Below are positions 44,685 through 55,247 of a stretch of 64,000 bases of DNA, one piece after another. The first letter of the stretch is position 1, and each line of letters starts with the position of its first letter. Where the stretch lies: assembly GCA_051599415.1 (NCBI GenBank), contig AP039713.1, forward strand, positions 1 to 64,000. The letters are read 5' to 3'. The stretch comes from Savitreella phatthalungensis (Eukaryota). Position numbers and translations under genes: made by a program. Under the pieces are notes generated by a model. The model was not told the origin of the DNA. It searched no databases and was given only the letters and a program-made list of their open reading frames with translations.

Positions 44685-45850
44685 AACAGGGCTCAAGGGC
44701 GACGGACGAAGCGACACAGACATTACCCAGACCACACAGGAGGACTCAGCGGGGCCCATCAAAGGACACAAACGGACACAAACGCTTCTGAACGAGTACA
44801 AACAGACACAGAAGGACTACAACAGGTCGGTCTGGGCAGTGGTTCCAATCTTTGATAGACCTGACACATAACACGAGTCTACTGACGTGGCTGGCTGCTG
44901 ATATGGCTGGTCGCTGCTGACGTGGCAGGTTGGATCTAGCTACAAGAAGACATGGCATGCCATATGAGAACGGTGTGCATGATATAACCAACGCCAGGAA
45001 CTAGCACAGAACGATACTATTCGACAGCTCCACACAGGGCTACCATCTCGTCTTACGTAGACCGAGTGATTGCAGAAGTAACAGCGTTGTGTGCGAGTAT
45101 ATACGATCGACCCGGATATCTTAGCGGACATGACACACATAGGAGCTGAAGTTTTGAGTGCACCCATGTCGCCACTGATCTAGCCATGCAGACCACTCAT
45201 ATACAATGCTACAGGCCTTGACTTTGCTGATATGACAAATTGCACGACTAAGCCTCAGCGCCCATGATTGCAATATGCTACACACAGATGATGTGCATGA
45301 TATTACTCAACATCCAGCTTAGAAGAATCATGCGACAGCTCCAGCATGGGTCCACAACCTTGTCACACACAGCATCAGGTGTTTGCGGAAGTGACAGCGT
45401 TGTGTACAATTAATCCTGTAACAGCAGCATGGACAACCAAATCGTGTTGCAGAAGACAATCGTCAAACCAGAGGGCAACAGACAAAGGGAAAAGAATACA
45501 CACAGGACGACTCATATGGAGCTCACTAAACAACCAAAATAAATCCAAATTTTTATGAACAAAGACAAACAGACACAGGAGGACTGCAATAGATCAAGCA
45601 AAGTCAGACACCAGGATCCGTAAAAATGCTGTAGCTGATACATGCCTCAACTCTGCTGACATGACAGGTTGCACATTGGAACCTAAGCATCAGAGGACGC
45701 AGCAGGTCGTCTACAGGAGGCATGCAAGACATCACCAACACCAGGATTTCCAGTAGCACAGAACAATACTACCTGACAGCTCTTTAAGGCGCTACAATCA
45801 TTATATACGTATCCCCGAGTGATTGTCGGAATGATGGCATTGTAAACAAT
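44685..45850 (-). repeat. Two inverted degenerate copies (~44685-45130, ~45560-45850) plus a fragment (~45380-45410); right arm
   Basis: CTAGCACAGAACGATACTATTCGACAGCTCC at 45001 and TAGCACAGAACAATACT at ~45754 are reverse complements of the left-arm unit. Confidence 0.9.
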
Positions 45851-45976
45851 TGTATAGCACCAGGCTAGACAACCTGACCGGTCTGTCACGACCGGTATGA
45901 CAACAATATGAGAAGAACTGCACAAAAGTTATCACAAATAGTCAGAAGGAGTTTGAGAAGTGATATCTCGCTACTT

Positions 45977-46591
45977 TCAAACACCTGACGCGGCATGTGC
46001 AGGCCGGATCGCCTTGCACAACAGAGCGTGCCGGCTTGTATCCGGATGCCGGACTAGACTAGCCACGGGAGCGCGAGCCAGTTCACCGACGAATCTTCTG
46101 CCGTCCGCAGAACGTCGACGGGCGTTGATGAACCAGGTATTCAGTTGGGCGTAGGACATACCGGATTGCTCCACTAGCCTCGCTTTGACACTGCTCGAAG
46201 GATACGGATGGTCCAAGTGCTCGAGATACCACTCCTTCAGCAAGAGAACCCTCATCTTAACATCATGGTCCACTGCCAGAACATTTTTGCGTGTCTTTCG
46301 CGCTCGAATTTTCTCAGTCCGATTTTTCGAGCACAGAGCCACCACGCGCATGCAGGTCTCGCGCATCGCGAGGACTTCTGTGATAGACGCTTTCCGTATC
46401 CATGCCGTCAGCTGTGGACGATTCATCGTGATTCTCAGCTGTGTCTCCAAGGTTTCAATTCTTTGAATGTCCATTTCATCGCTCGAAACATTGAGTGCAT
46501 CGTGTAGATCGCCCACGACATCCGAGGTGTCCCCTAGCATCTTAGATGCTACAATCAGCGTCCCAAGTCCCCTTTTGTGCTGCTGTTCCAT
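45977..46591 (-). CDS. TALE-class homeodomain protein, candidate mating-type gene (matPi/HD1-like)
   Basis: LKEWYLEHLDHPYPS...QLNTWFINARRR; start taken at ATG 46591 (alternative 46693); TATATATA at ~46665. Confidence 0.85.
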   Translation of the reverse strand: MEQQHKRGLGTLIVASKMLGDTSDVVGDLHDALNVSSDEMDIQRIETLETQLRITMNRPQLTAWIRKASITEVLAMRETCMRVVALCSKNRTEKIRARKTRKNVLAVDHDVKMRVLLLKEWYLEHLDHPYPSSSVKARLVEQSGMSYAQLNTWFINARRRSADGRRFVGELARAPVASLVRHPDTSRHALLCKAIRPAHAASGV

Positions 46592-46710
46592 CCTGCGCAC
46601 GGACCCATATGCATCATCCGGCTTTGTAGTACTGTAAGTCGGCCCTGAGCTGTATTCGTAATTGTATATATATGTGCAAACATGATTGTTCATAAAATAA
46701 GCTCTTTGTC

Positions 46711-47787
46711 TCACTCGGATTCATCCCAGAAAGACCGCTTATGTATCATCGCGAGGATAAGGAGCAACGGCAAATGGAGCAGGCTCGCAAAGAATAGTTT
46801 CCGTGCGGCTCTATCGCGAAAGCTCTCATCCCCATGGAAGGGTCTTGAGGCCTGCCAGAAGCGCAAGGCCTGGAGTATCAGATAGCCGTTGACGATAGAC
46901 GAATCGATCAAGAACCACGGATGACAGATATCGGCATGAACCAGAGCCCAACTTATTGGTGCGCAGGCGATGGCGTAGCGTAATGAGACGCGGCTATTGA
47001 TGCCCGGATTTGTGACCGATGCCATCACATAGCCCGCACGCGCATATTCACCACGTATGTACCACGCAAGACTGTTGAAGTGAGGAAACTGCCAAGCATA
47101 TAGCAGACCAGCGAGATAGAGTGCTCCGATGTTGTCAAGCGAGAAAGGGTCATGGGACGAAGCTGCGAACCATCCGATGAGCGGAGGAATTGCGCCAACG
47201 ATCGCACCGGCCCACGTGTTGAGGATTGAGACGCGCTTGAGCGGTGTGTAGATTCCTGCGTAGAGGACAATGTTGGCAAGTCCGAGGCCTGCACAAACAG
47301 GATTGATCATGAAAAGCGTCACTGTGCCGGCGACGCCTGCCGCCGCGCCTATCGCAAAAGCCTGGTCCGGATGCACCGCTCCTCGTACGAGCGGTCGATT
47401 GCGAGTCCGAGACATTTGTGAGTCGAAGGGAGGCTCAAGCCACATGTTGAAGGCATTTGCACTGCTGGAGCAAAGTACTGTGCCGGCCGTCAAGAAGCTC
47501 AAGGTCGTCAAAGGAGCGTCGGCTGCAAATGGACAAATCGCATAGGACGCCATGGTGGAAAGGACCACGAGAGCTGTCAGTCGAGGCTTCGAAAGCTCTG
47601 TAAGTGTTGAGATGGATGGGCGGCCGCGACGACGGCTGTCCGGGGACACCGTCTTTGAAGCTCGATCATTGGTGGTAAGAGCGGCCGTCTGCGGATGATA
47701 CACACTGCGAACTGTTATGCGTAGGCAACCACGCAAGGCAGAAGTCTGGATACCAACACAACGCGTTATCAGACGACGAGCAAGCAT
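46711..47787 (-). CDS. COX10: Protoheme IX farnesyltransferase (heme O synthase)
   Basis: LSKPRLT, DSQMSRTRNRPLVRG, YTPLKR..NTWAGAIVGAIPPLIGW, WQFPHFN. Confidence 0.97.
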   Translation of the reverse strand: MLARRLITRCVGIQTSALRGCLRITVRSVYHPQTAALTTNDRASKTVSPDSRRRGRPSISTLTELSKPRLTALVVLSTMASYAICPFAADAPLTTLSFLTAGTVLCSSSANAFNMWLEPPFDSQMSRTRNRPLVRGAVHPDQAFAIGAAAGVAGTVTLFMINPVCAGLGLANIVLYAGIYTPLKRVSILNTWAGAIVGAIPPLIGWFAASSHDPFSLDNIGALYLAGLLYAWQFPHFNSLAWYIRGEYARAGYVMASVTNPGINSRVSLRYAIACAPISWALVHADICHPWFLIDSSIVNGYLILQALRFWQASRPFHGDESFRDRAARKLFFASLLHLPLLLILAMIHKRSFWDESE

Positions 47788-47831
47788 GTGCAAAATCCTT
47801 TTGACGTGCGTCGTTGTGCTACAATTGAAAT

Positions 47832-49430
47832 TTATTGCTTGCCGGAAGTGTGGATATGAGCTGACTCTGATCTTGCACGCCGGCCAATTGGGGTCACGCT
47901 ACTCCTATTTGATACAGATTTGAAGCGCGAAGACGATGGAGGACGGGTCGGGCCAACTGATGGAGATGAAAGGCCGAAGTCGCTGGTCAGTGGACGGGAG
48001 ACATTCGTGAGATGCTTGTTGATGAGCTTTGCGTCCTCTGGCGAGGCGAACGGATCGACGAGCGTGTCCAATTCGATTGGCTTTGACACCGCACGATCAC
48101 GACCGCGACCTCTGCCGTGTGAAGTTGCGAGGATCAGGGATTCGCCCGTGCCACTGAGTGGAATTGCAAGACCGGCCCTTGGACGAGGTGTTTGATCCGT
48201 CTCATCCCAGATTGGCTCCTGAATGAGCTCCTCGAGCACGTCCTCGAGTGTGATGACACCAATGGGATCGAGCTCAGCCATCTCCGCCTCTGTCCAGAGT
48301 CTCGTAGGCACAGAACGCTCTTCGAGTACGGTCTCGTTGGAGGAGCGCGAATCCGTGGTACGCGTGCGGGCAACTTCGACCGGCGGCTCCGGGGAGGGCG
48401 ATGGCACCACAACGGCTAGGTGCGACCGACCTTCTTGGAAGATATTGAGAATATCAAACAAAGGTAGATCGTCCTGCACTGATGGGATGTGGTTGATGTT
48501 GATGTGCCGTAGGGGAAGCTCATCATCGGGGTCGACTAGGAGGAGGTTCTTGGCGAGCAGACAGCCTGTTATGCGCATATCACCTCTGACAGTCTGGTAG
48601 ATCGGGATACGGCTATGCCCACGCTCTGCAATACTGCTCATGGTTTCACGATCGAGCTTCGCGTCATGGGGGAGCATGAAAACGTTCTCGATAGAAGTCA
48701 TCGAATCACGCACACGCTTCTCCTGCAAGTCCAGTGCACCACGCATGATCGTGACTGCATCTATGTTCAGATCTCCACCGTGAGCAGCTTGTTGAGAGTG
48801 GAAATCTATGAGCTCCTTGAGCTCGGCTCGACGATAAATCATGCCATGCGTCTCTCCGAGCATGAGATCAAGCAGCTTGGCTATCGGCCAACTGATGACG
48901 TAGAGCAGAAGTATCAGACCACGGACGGGTATAGCCATAGCTGCACCTATTCTCAAGCCATGTGTCGAGCACACCGCTTGCGGAATGATTTCGCTGAAGA
49001 TGACAATCATTACAGTCGACAAGACGATCGAGACTGGGCCAGAAGAGAACAGCCGCTCTGACAAGATCGGTAGCGTCTCATTGACGACCACGTTCATCAA
49101 CAGCAGGGACACAAGCAGGAGATGTCCCTTGCGGCGAATCGGCAGGATTTTTGTCGCGTGACGCTTCTGTTCCGCAGTGCCAGATTGCGCCAGAACGTGT
49201 AATTGAGTCTCGTCAAGAGACATCAAGCCGAGCGTCAAACCCGCCGTGACGCCACTGACAGCGACGAGCATGAGGATAGCGATCACATATCCGACAATCT
49301 GCGCGGGTGAAAGACCCTCAGCCAGACGGCGTGGAAGAAGTAGTTTTGTGTCTACAGGCTGCGCATTCACACAATTGATGAGGCCTAGTAGCGCGACCAG
49401 GCGCGATGTTATTGAGCGATCATGGCGCAT
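47832..49430 (-). CDS. MAM3: CNNM/DUF21-CBS protein
   Basis: AGLTLGLMSLD, HLLLVSLLLMN..NETLP, GHSRIPIY, FQEGRSHLAVV, GVITLEDVLEELIQE. Confidence 0.93.
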   Translation of the reverse strand: MRHDRSITSRLVALLGLINCVNAQPVDTKLLLPRRLAEGLSPAQIVGYVIAILMLVAVSGVTAGLTLGLMSLDETQLHVLAQSGTAEQKRHATKILPIRRKGHLLLVSLLLMNVVVNETLPILSERLFSSGPVSIVLSTVMIVIFSEIIPQAVCSTHGLRIGAAMAIPVRGLILLLYVISWPIAKLLDLMLGETHGMIYRRAELKELIDFHSQQAAHGGDLNIDAVTIMRGALDLQEKRVRDSMTSIENVFMLPHDAKLDRETMSSIAERGHSRIPIYQTVRGDMRITGCLLAKNLLLVDPDDELPLRHININHIPSVQDDLPLFDILNIFQEGRSHLAVVVPSPSPEPPVEVARTRTTDSRSSNETVLEERSVPTRLWTEAEMAELDPIGVITLEDVLEELIQEPIWDETDQTPRPRAGLAIPLSGTGESLILATSHGRGRGRDRAVSKPIELDTLVDPFASPEDAKLINKHLTNVSRPLTSDFGLSSPSVGPTRPPSSSRFKSVSNRSSVTPIGRRARSESAHIHTSGKQ

Positions 49431-49723
49431 AAACTTGGTGATGACTCGGAAGGGCGCGATCGTCGATCGAGGAGTAGAATCTATCTCTTACTTAAGACCC
49501 CGGCTCCGGCTAAAGGTTTCGAGATACAGTAGATTGAAACATTGCATCAAAGCCGGGCGTGCGGAATTCGTCGAAACGACGATCGTCTGTCGCGAATCGC
49601 GTGCATTGGGAGAATAGAATTCGAATGTCCTCTACCGAAGTCACTGCTCGGTCGACCGGCACACCACAGCACAAAGGAACACGTAAACCGCACGCTTTTT
49701 ACGCCTCACACAACCCGGCGAAT

Positions 49724-50037
49724 ATGAGTGAGCAGCTCAAGGATTTCGCCGAGCTGCCGAAAGAGCTTGCCAGAGATGGCGGAGCGTGAGTTATTATCGC
49801 CCAGATATCTGTCTATGGACCAAGGCTAATCCTTAGCTTTCTAAAACGTTGCCAGAAGCCAAACAAGCGCGAGTTCATTGGCATCGCTCAGGCCGTCGGG
49901 GTCGGTTTCCTCGTCATGGGTTTCGTCGGCTTTCTCGTCAAGCTTGTACACATTCCAATCAATAATGTTCTTGGTATCGTCCTAACATCCCATTTGCTAC
50001 AGATCCAGCTGACCATTCCTAAGTTGGTTCATCATAG
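49724..50037 (+). CDS. SSS1: Sec61 gamma subunit, 3 exons
   Basis: Spliced ..[42 protein letters not shown]. Confidence 0.93.
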
Positions 50038-50137
50038 AGCAGAAACGACGGGTGTCCACAAAAGGGATGTCCTTCACAGCTTCAGACCATGGGAAATTAC
50101 AAGACGAGCTCTAGAATGTAATTGTCTGTCGGATCAT

Positions 50138-51682
50138 TCAGAACAAGATGTACACGAGACAGATGAGAGGTGGCCCAGTCATGAGTGAGAACCAAAAGAA
50201 ACTGTTGCCGAGTGTGGTGCGATGTCTGAAGAACTTCGATCGAGAGATCATGATGATAGGAATCTGAAGCATCTGAATGAAGACAAAGTAGAGGCGAATC
50301 TTCTTTGTCATGCACGCCATCACAAGCTCGTGCACCAGTGATGAGAGGACAAATGTAACCAGCGTGGCTTGCTCCTTGCGCAACTGGAGTGCAGAGATCG
50401 AGGAATGATAGACATGTCTTAGCAGGAATCGATGAACCGGTACATTCCAGTCTCTGGCGAATTCGTCAAATGAGATGCTGTTCCACCAGTCGTTGTAGAA
50501 ATTACGGTCAGCGAAGCGCGTCAACTCCGCGAACCACTGCAGTATGCACTCGAAGGTCAGGTAGAAGAACAGAAGGTAGAGAGAGATCAATGGGAAAGCC
50601 ATGTCGAGCATCATCCAGGGCATCTCCTCCAGCTTTTGCCGCGACGTCATAAGGTCCAGGTTTAGCGGTATGATTGGCAACATATAGTGCTCCACCATCA
50701 TCGACATCAAGCCAAAGCATCCAAGCGCTGCCACCGTCTTCTCGAGGACGAAACTCCAGCGAATGCGCTCTGTACGTGGGTAGCTTATATCATAGACCAA
50801 ACTCGGGACCAGGAGATAATCCACAAAATTGCTAAGAGTGAGATTCTGGGGATATGTCACACCATCAAGTGTCAACTCGTCGTCGATTTCTTTGATCTCC
50901 GTCAGAAGTTCGGTCTCATGAGAATTCTTCTCGGACATGTTGTTATACTTGAGCGCATCGAGCTTGTGAACCACCTCGAGGTGCTTCGCTAGTGTCTGAC
51001 GACGCTTATAAAGCTCTGACAAATAGCCGAGGTATTGCGCGTAAGAGTGCTGCTTCATCAGCATAACGCAGCAATGGAGGATGATCACAACTGACTGGAT
51101 CCATTGCCATTCATAGACCCATGACCTGTAGATGATTGTCGCAAGGTAAAGGGTCTGCCAGGCCTGTTGAATGTACCATCCAGTAGTTTCCCAGGAGACA
51201 CCTCGGAGCACTGCCACCTGTAGGAAGTAACAGAAAACTGATGCAACGACCATGATAGCATCCGTTGCAGCCAGATCCCAGATATTTAGAGCATACATGA
51301 CGGCGAGCCTTCCACCGAAGAAGTGACCTGTAGCGCGCCAGTGTTGAAACAATGTCTTAACGACGAGGGTCCCAAGACCAATCCAAAATAGAGTGAAGAA
51401 GCCGTGAAAGCTGCTGTTGTGCTCCTGATTATGGCGATCAAAGGCAGTGTTCGCCGGCTTGAATTTGACATCGCGGCTCATCTTACGTCTTGTAGCGGAG
51501 AAAGAAGCCGCCATCTTGTCATTCAGCCGCGCCTCTTTCTCCGGGGTGAAGTCGCGCGCATCCTTGGTTGGTTTCCGTGAGACCAACGGACGTCTGACCA
51601 CTTGGGCGCTCCCGTCATTGCCTTCCAGCCGGCACTCATCTGTAACAGCCGACATGCTGGGTTCTGAAGCGGTATCAGTCAC
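50138..51682 (-). CDS. Sterol O-acyltransferase (MBOAT, Are1/Are2 family)
   Basis: MKQHSY, AELTRFADRNFYNDWWN, WNVPVHRFL, SSLVHE; first ATG at 51655. Confidence 0.95.
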   Translation of the reverse strand: MTDTASEPSMSAVTDECRLEGNDGSAQVVRRPLVSRKPTKDARDFTPEKEARLNDKMAASFSATRRKMSRDVKFKPANTAFDRHNQEHNSSFHGFFTLFWIGLGTLVVKTLFQHWRATGHFFGGRLAVMYALNIWDLAATDAIMVVASVFCYFLQVAVLRGVSWETTGWYIQQAWQTLYLATIIYRSWVYEWQWIQSVVIILHCCVMLMKQHSYAQYLGYLSELYKRRQTLAKHLEVVHKLDALKYNNMSEKNSHETELLTEIKEIDDELTLDGVTYPQNLTLSNFVDYLLVPSLVYDISYPRTERIRWSFVLEKTVAALGCFGLMSMMVEHYMLPIIPLNLDLMTSRQKLEEMPWMMLDMAFPLISLYLLFFYLTFECILQWFAELTRFADRNFYNDWWNSISFDEFARDWNVPVHRFLLRHVYHSSISALQLRKEQATLVTFVLSSLVHELVMACMTKKIRLYFVFIQMLQIPIIMISRSKFFRHRTTLGNSFFWFSLMTGPPLICLVYILF

Positions 51683-53041
51683 GAACTTCGAAAGACGCTC
51701 GTGATAGAACTTCGCTCTTGTTACGAAAGCTTCATGTCAATGCGCGGTCGCGGTCGGCAATCGAAGGCAGAAACATCGCGGCAATGCTGTCATCGCAAGA
51801 TCGGGACGTGTGATCGACCGGCATTATCTTCATGCTGTAGACGCCTCTCAGATCTCATCGAGCTAGATTCTTGACGATTGCTTCGAAAGCTATACATAGA
51901 GAAATTTAGCAGGCGAGCGCCCATTGAAGGATTCGCAGCTCGCCAGGACTTTCCTCCTGATCGTTCTGAATTGGTACGAATTCACCCAATGAGCTACAGT
52001 GCGTATAGATTTGTCCGGGAGTCGGAAAGATTGAAGTCCGAATGACATGATAGTCTTGAATGACAGCATTTCGTATTGCTCATACTAATCAAGCCCAAAG
52101 GATTTTTGTGGAGTAAAAGCCGAGGAAAGAATTACAGGACCAGTCTGGACAGTCGTTTCGATCAGCGCCACAAAGTCTGCGGCATGTCCGCCAATGATCA
52201 TTCTACAATAGCGCCACTCATGCCTTCTACGTATGAGCACAATACATACCCGATTTCACAAGGGTTTGATGTTATGAATACTGATTCTGGCTGCGCAATC
52301 AGCACATCTGACATTTTTTTTTCTTGTAAGTCCTACTCATCTGTCATACACTGCAATGGCGACTCTCGCGTCGAGTTATTGACTCTGATCTTGCAGATTC
52401 TGTCATCTCATTGCGCCAGCGATGACGGGGACTCGAGTGCATTCACTGATGCACAATTTGACTTTGTTATCTGCCCTCGACTTCAAAATTGCCGGTTTGC
52501 TCATTGTATAGCCCGTTCTTCGGGCACGAAAATACCTACCAGGCCACGGCACAAGACAACCTAAGCACGAGCGACTAGTCGAAACCGACAGGCAAGATGC
52601 CTGCACTCTTGCGACCTTGCGACTCTAATGAGCAACATAGTCCGTTGCGGAGATAGTGTACGGGAGAACCCGAACGACGGCTGCCTGGATTTTATTATTA
52701 CTTGTATGCACGATTCAATTGGACTATTTATGAAAGAGTCACATCTTCAGTGAGTGCCCATAGTGGATCGTGGATTCTTCAATTGGTCAGGAAGCCTGGC
52801 ACGCTCAAATATTGGAGATCAATATAGTCGGTACAGACCTTGGGAACTCGTATACGATCTGATCGCCGCTGATTCAGCTGAACGGGCGTCTTCTGAAGCG
52901 CCGTTCACACTCACTTCATCTCGTGTCCATCGGCGTGTGCAGTGACCATCGGAAAGCCTAGCGGTCTTCTAGCTCTTTCCACTGCTGCTTTGCGATCCTA
53001 GCTTCGGTGTCCGTTCAGGAGTGGCTCGCGCGGTTGACGGA

Positions 53042-55057
53042 ATGTCTCGATTGATGGATCGCGATCGAGCGATTGACACTCCAGAGGATGAGGACATGAA
53101 CGACGTCTCACGTGCCTTGGAATCGGACTCGAATGACGATGCTAGTCAAGAGTTCTTCGATACCGAGCAAGTCTTCCAGCTCTTGTCTCACGCTAGCGAG
53201 GTAATGGAGGATGGTGATAGCATTGAGGAAATCATGGTCGGAGCTGAAAATACTGCGTCGAGTGACGACGACGATGACGCAGGAGAAGACGAATACATCG
53301 ACGATGAAGAAGATGCCGAGCTGGATGATGATGAGGACGAGGATGATGAGGATGACGAGGATGACGAGGATGATGAGGATGATGAGGATGATGAGGATTA
53401 CGAGGATGAAGATGAGGACGAGGACGGCGACGATACCGAGATCCACGAGGACGAAGCCGGCACCACAACGCTTGACAGAGGCAATCTACTGCTGAGTCGT
53501 CGTGCGACGCTTGCGCTCCTTCGTCGATTCCATCTCGTTGCCGCTGGGGACGACATTGATGGCGAGGACGATGATGATGATGAGGTGCCTTTCCGGAGAT
53601 TGCTGGCTCGGCGCAAAACCGCCTTCAAGCCGACAATTTGCAAAACTCCACAGCCTGCAGGAGTCAGTCTGCTGAACAGTGGCGAATTCGGTATTCCACC
53701 AGTCAGTCACACACTGAAGACAGATCGTCGGGCGCCGTCTAGAGTGTCTGGCGAGCTGATCAGACGCCGAACTGCCGGATGTGCTCGCTCGTCCCAGAAG
53801 CTATGCTCCCATTTTATTCCCAGAAGCAACGGTCGTCTTGCAGTCCAATACGACCGCCGAGCATACAGCGGTCAATTCAGCCAAGACGGCTCCTTCTTCT
53901 ACACTTGCTCACAAGACTTCCGAGTGCGCATGTACGACACGAAAGACCCTAGTCGCTGGGAGCACTACAAGACCGTATGTGCACACAATGGCAGATGGAC
54001 CATCACGGACGCTAATCTCACGCCCGACAACCGTCACGTCGCCTATTCCACGATCATGCCTATCGTCCAGGTTTCGCGAACTGATCCAGAGGATGAGGAG
54101 CAACCAGTTCTACTGGACTTCCGCCACGGCGTTTCGGCCCGATATGGTTTCGGCATCTGGTCAGTGCGCTTCTCTAGTGACGGTCGCGAACTCGTCGCAG
54201 GTACAGGCGACCATTCTGTCTACGTGTATGATCTCGACAAGGACACCGTCGTTCTTGCTGTGCGCGGTCACCAAGACGATGTCAATGCTGTCTGCTGGGG
54301 TGATCAGAGCACGAACGTGCTCTTCTCCGGCTCGGACGACGCTCTTATCAAAGTATGGGATCGCCGGTCGATGCGAAACCGCCGTGAAGCGGGCGTACTC
54401 GTAGGTCATCAGGAGGGAATCACTTACATCGCCTCGAAAGGAGACGGCCGCTATGTACTCTCCAATGGCAAAGATCAGACCGCAAAGCTCTGGGACATAC
54501 GCAAGCTAATGGCGGCAGACGTCTGGGATCAGTCGGAAAAGGTAGATTACACAACTGGATTCGATTACAGACACGAGCGTTATCCAGGCCCGACGCGGGA
54601 ACGTCACCCTCTCGACAATTCTGTCATGAGCTACACAGGCCACGCCGTACTCAAGACTCTCATTCGATGCGGTTTCTCTCCAGCGGACTCGACAGGTCAA
54701 AGGTATCTGTTCAGCGGAAGCGATTGCGGACGTGTATTCATCTGGAATTTGGACGGCACGATTGAACGCACCCTCGATCTCTCCAAGGCGCAGAAACCGC
54801 GTCGACCTGTGGCAGCATCACAAGGCAACGGACACGCCAATTGGTGGGGATCGACGACGAACCCTCGAGGGTCGTGTATTCGGGATGTTGCATGGCATCC
54901 GACCCTGCCCGTGATCGCGTCAACGTCATGGCACAATCAGCAAGAAGCTGGATCGATCTACTTACATGAAGCCTTTGAACCAGACGCAGACGAGCGTCCC
55001 GTGCTCAGCAGCAAAGGGATTTCAGAGCCGCCATATAGTCCTTCTGCGATGTGGTAA
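53042..55057 (+). CDS. WD40 protein WDR23/DCAF11 (LEC14B) with acidic N-terminal tract
   Basis: YSGQFS..SQDF, WTITD, GHQDDVNAV, WDRR, SNGKDQ..LWDIR, YTGHAVLKTLIRC. Confidence 0.92.
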   Translation: MSRLMDRDRAIDTPEDEDMNDVSRALESDSNDDASQEFFDTEQVFQLLSHASEVMEDGDSIEEIMVGAENTASSDDDDDAGEDEYIDDEEDAELDDDEDEDDEDDEDDEDDEDDEDDEDYEDEDEDEDGDDTEIHEDEAGTTTLDRGNLLLSRRATLALLRRFHLVAAGDDIDGEDDDDDEVPFRRLLARRKTAFKPTICKTPQPAGVSLLNSGEFGIPPVSHTLKTDRRAPSRVSGELIRRRTAGCARSSQKLCSHFIPRSNGRLAVQYDRRAYSGQFSQDGSFFYTCSQDFRVRMYDTKDPSRWEHYKTVCAHNGRWTITDANLTPDNRHVAYSTIMPIVQVSRTDPEDEEQPVLLDFRHGVSARYGFGIWSVRFSSDGRELVAGTGDHSVYVYDLDKDTVVLAVRGHQDDVNAVCWGDQSTNVLFSGSDDALIKVWDRRSMRNRREAGVLVGHQEGITYIASKGDGRYVLSNGKDQTAKLWDIRKLMAADVWDQSEKVDYTTGFDYRHERYPGPTRERHPLDNSVMSYTGHAVLKTLIRCGFSPADSTGQRYLFSGSDCGRVFIWNLDGTIERTLDLSKAQKPRRPVAASQGNGHANWWGSTTNPRGSCIRDVAWHPTLPVIASTSWHNQQEAGSIYLHEAFEPDADERPVLSSKGISEPPYSPSAMW

Positions 55058-55247
55058 GGTATTAAAGGACTGATAGATGCGACACGACATAGGCAAGGCA
55101 GAAGAAACAAAACGACATGACCGAGTTGGATAAGACACGAATCGGTGAAATATAAAGAATTCCTTTGAAGCGTCGCTAGGGGTTTCGGGGCATATGCATG
55201 TTGTGGTTTTGCGTAGTCTTGTGCAAGAAGCCAACTGAAGGGATCGT

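Noticed and set aside
43426..45850. CRISPR-like array or intact transposon
   Set aside because: Units are ~300 bp and degenerate with no unique spacers; no transposase or RT ORF and no target-site duplication recognised; eukaryotic context
41000..46000. CAAX pheromone precursor genes near MAT
   Set aside because: None of the short ORFs I inspected ends in a proper CAAX; ORFs under 60 aa were not exhaustively checked
53270..53435. GAT/GAG/GAC triplet repeat
   Set aside because: Simply encodes the acidic tract of WDR23
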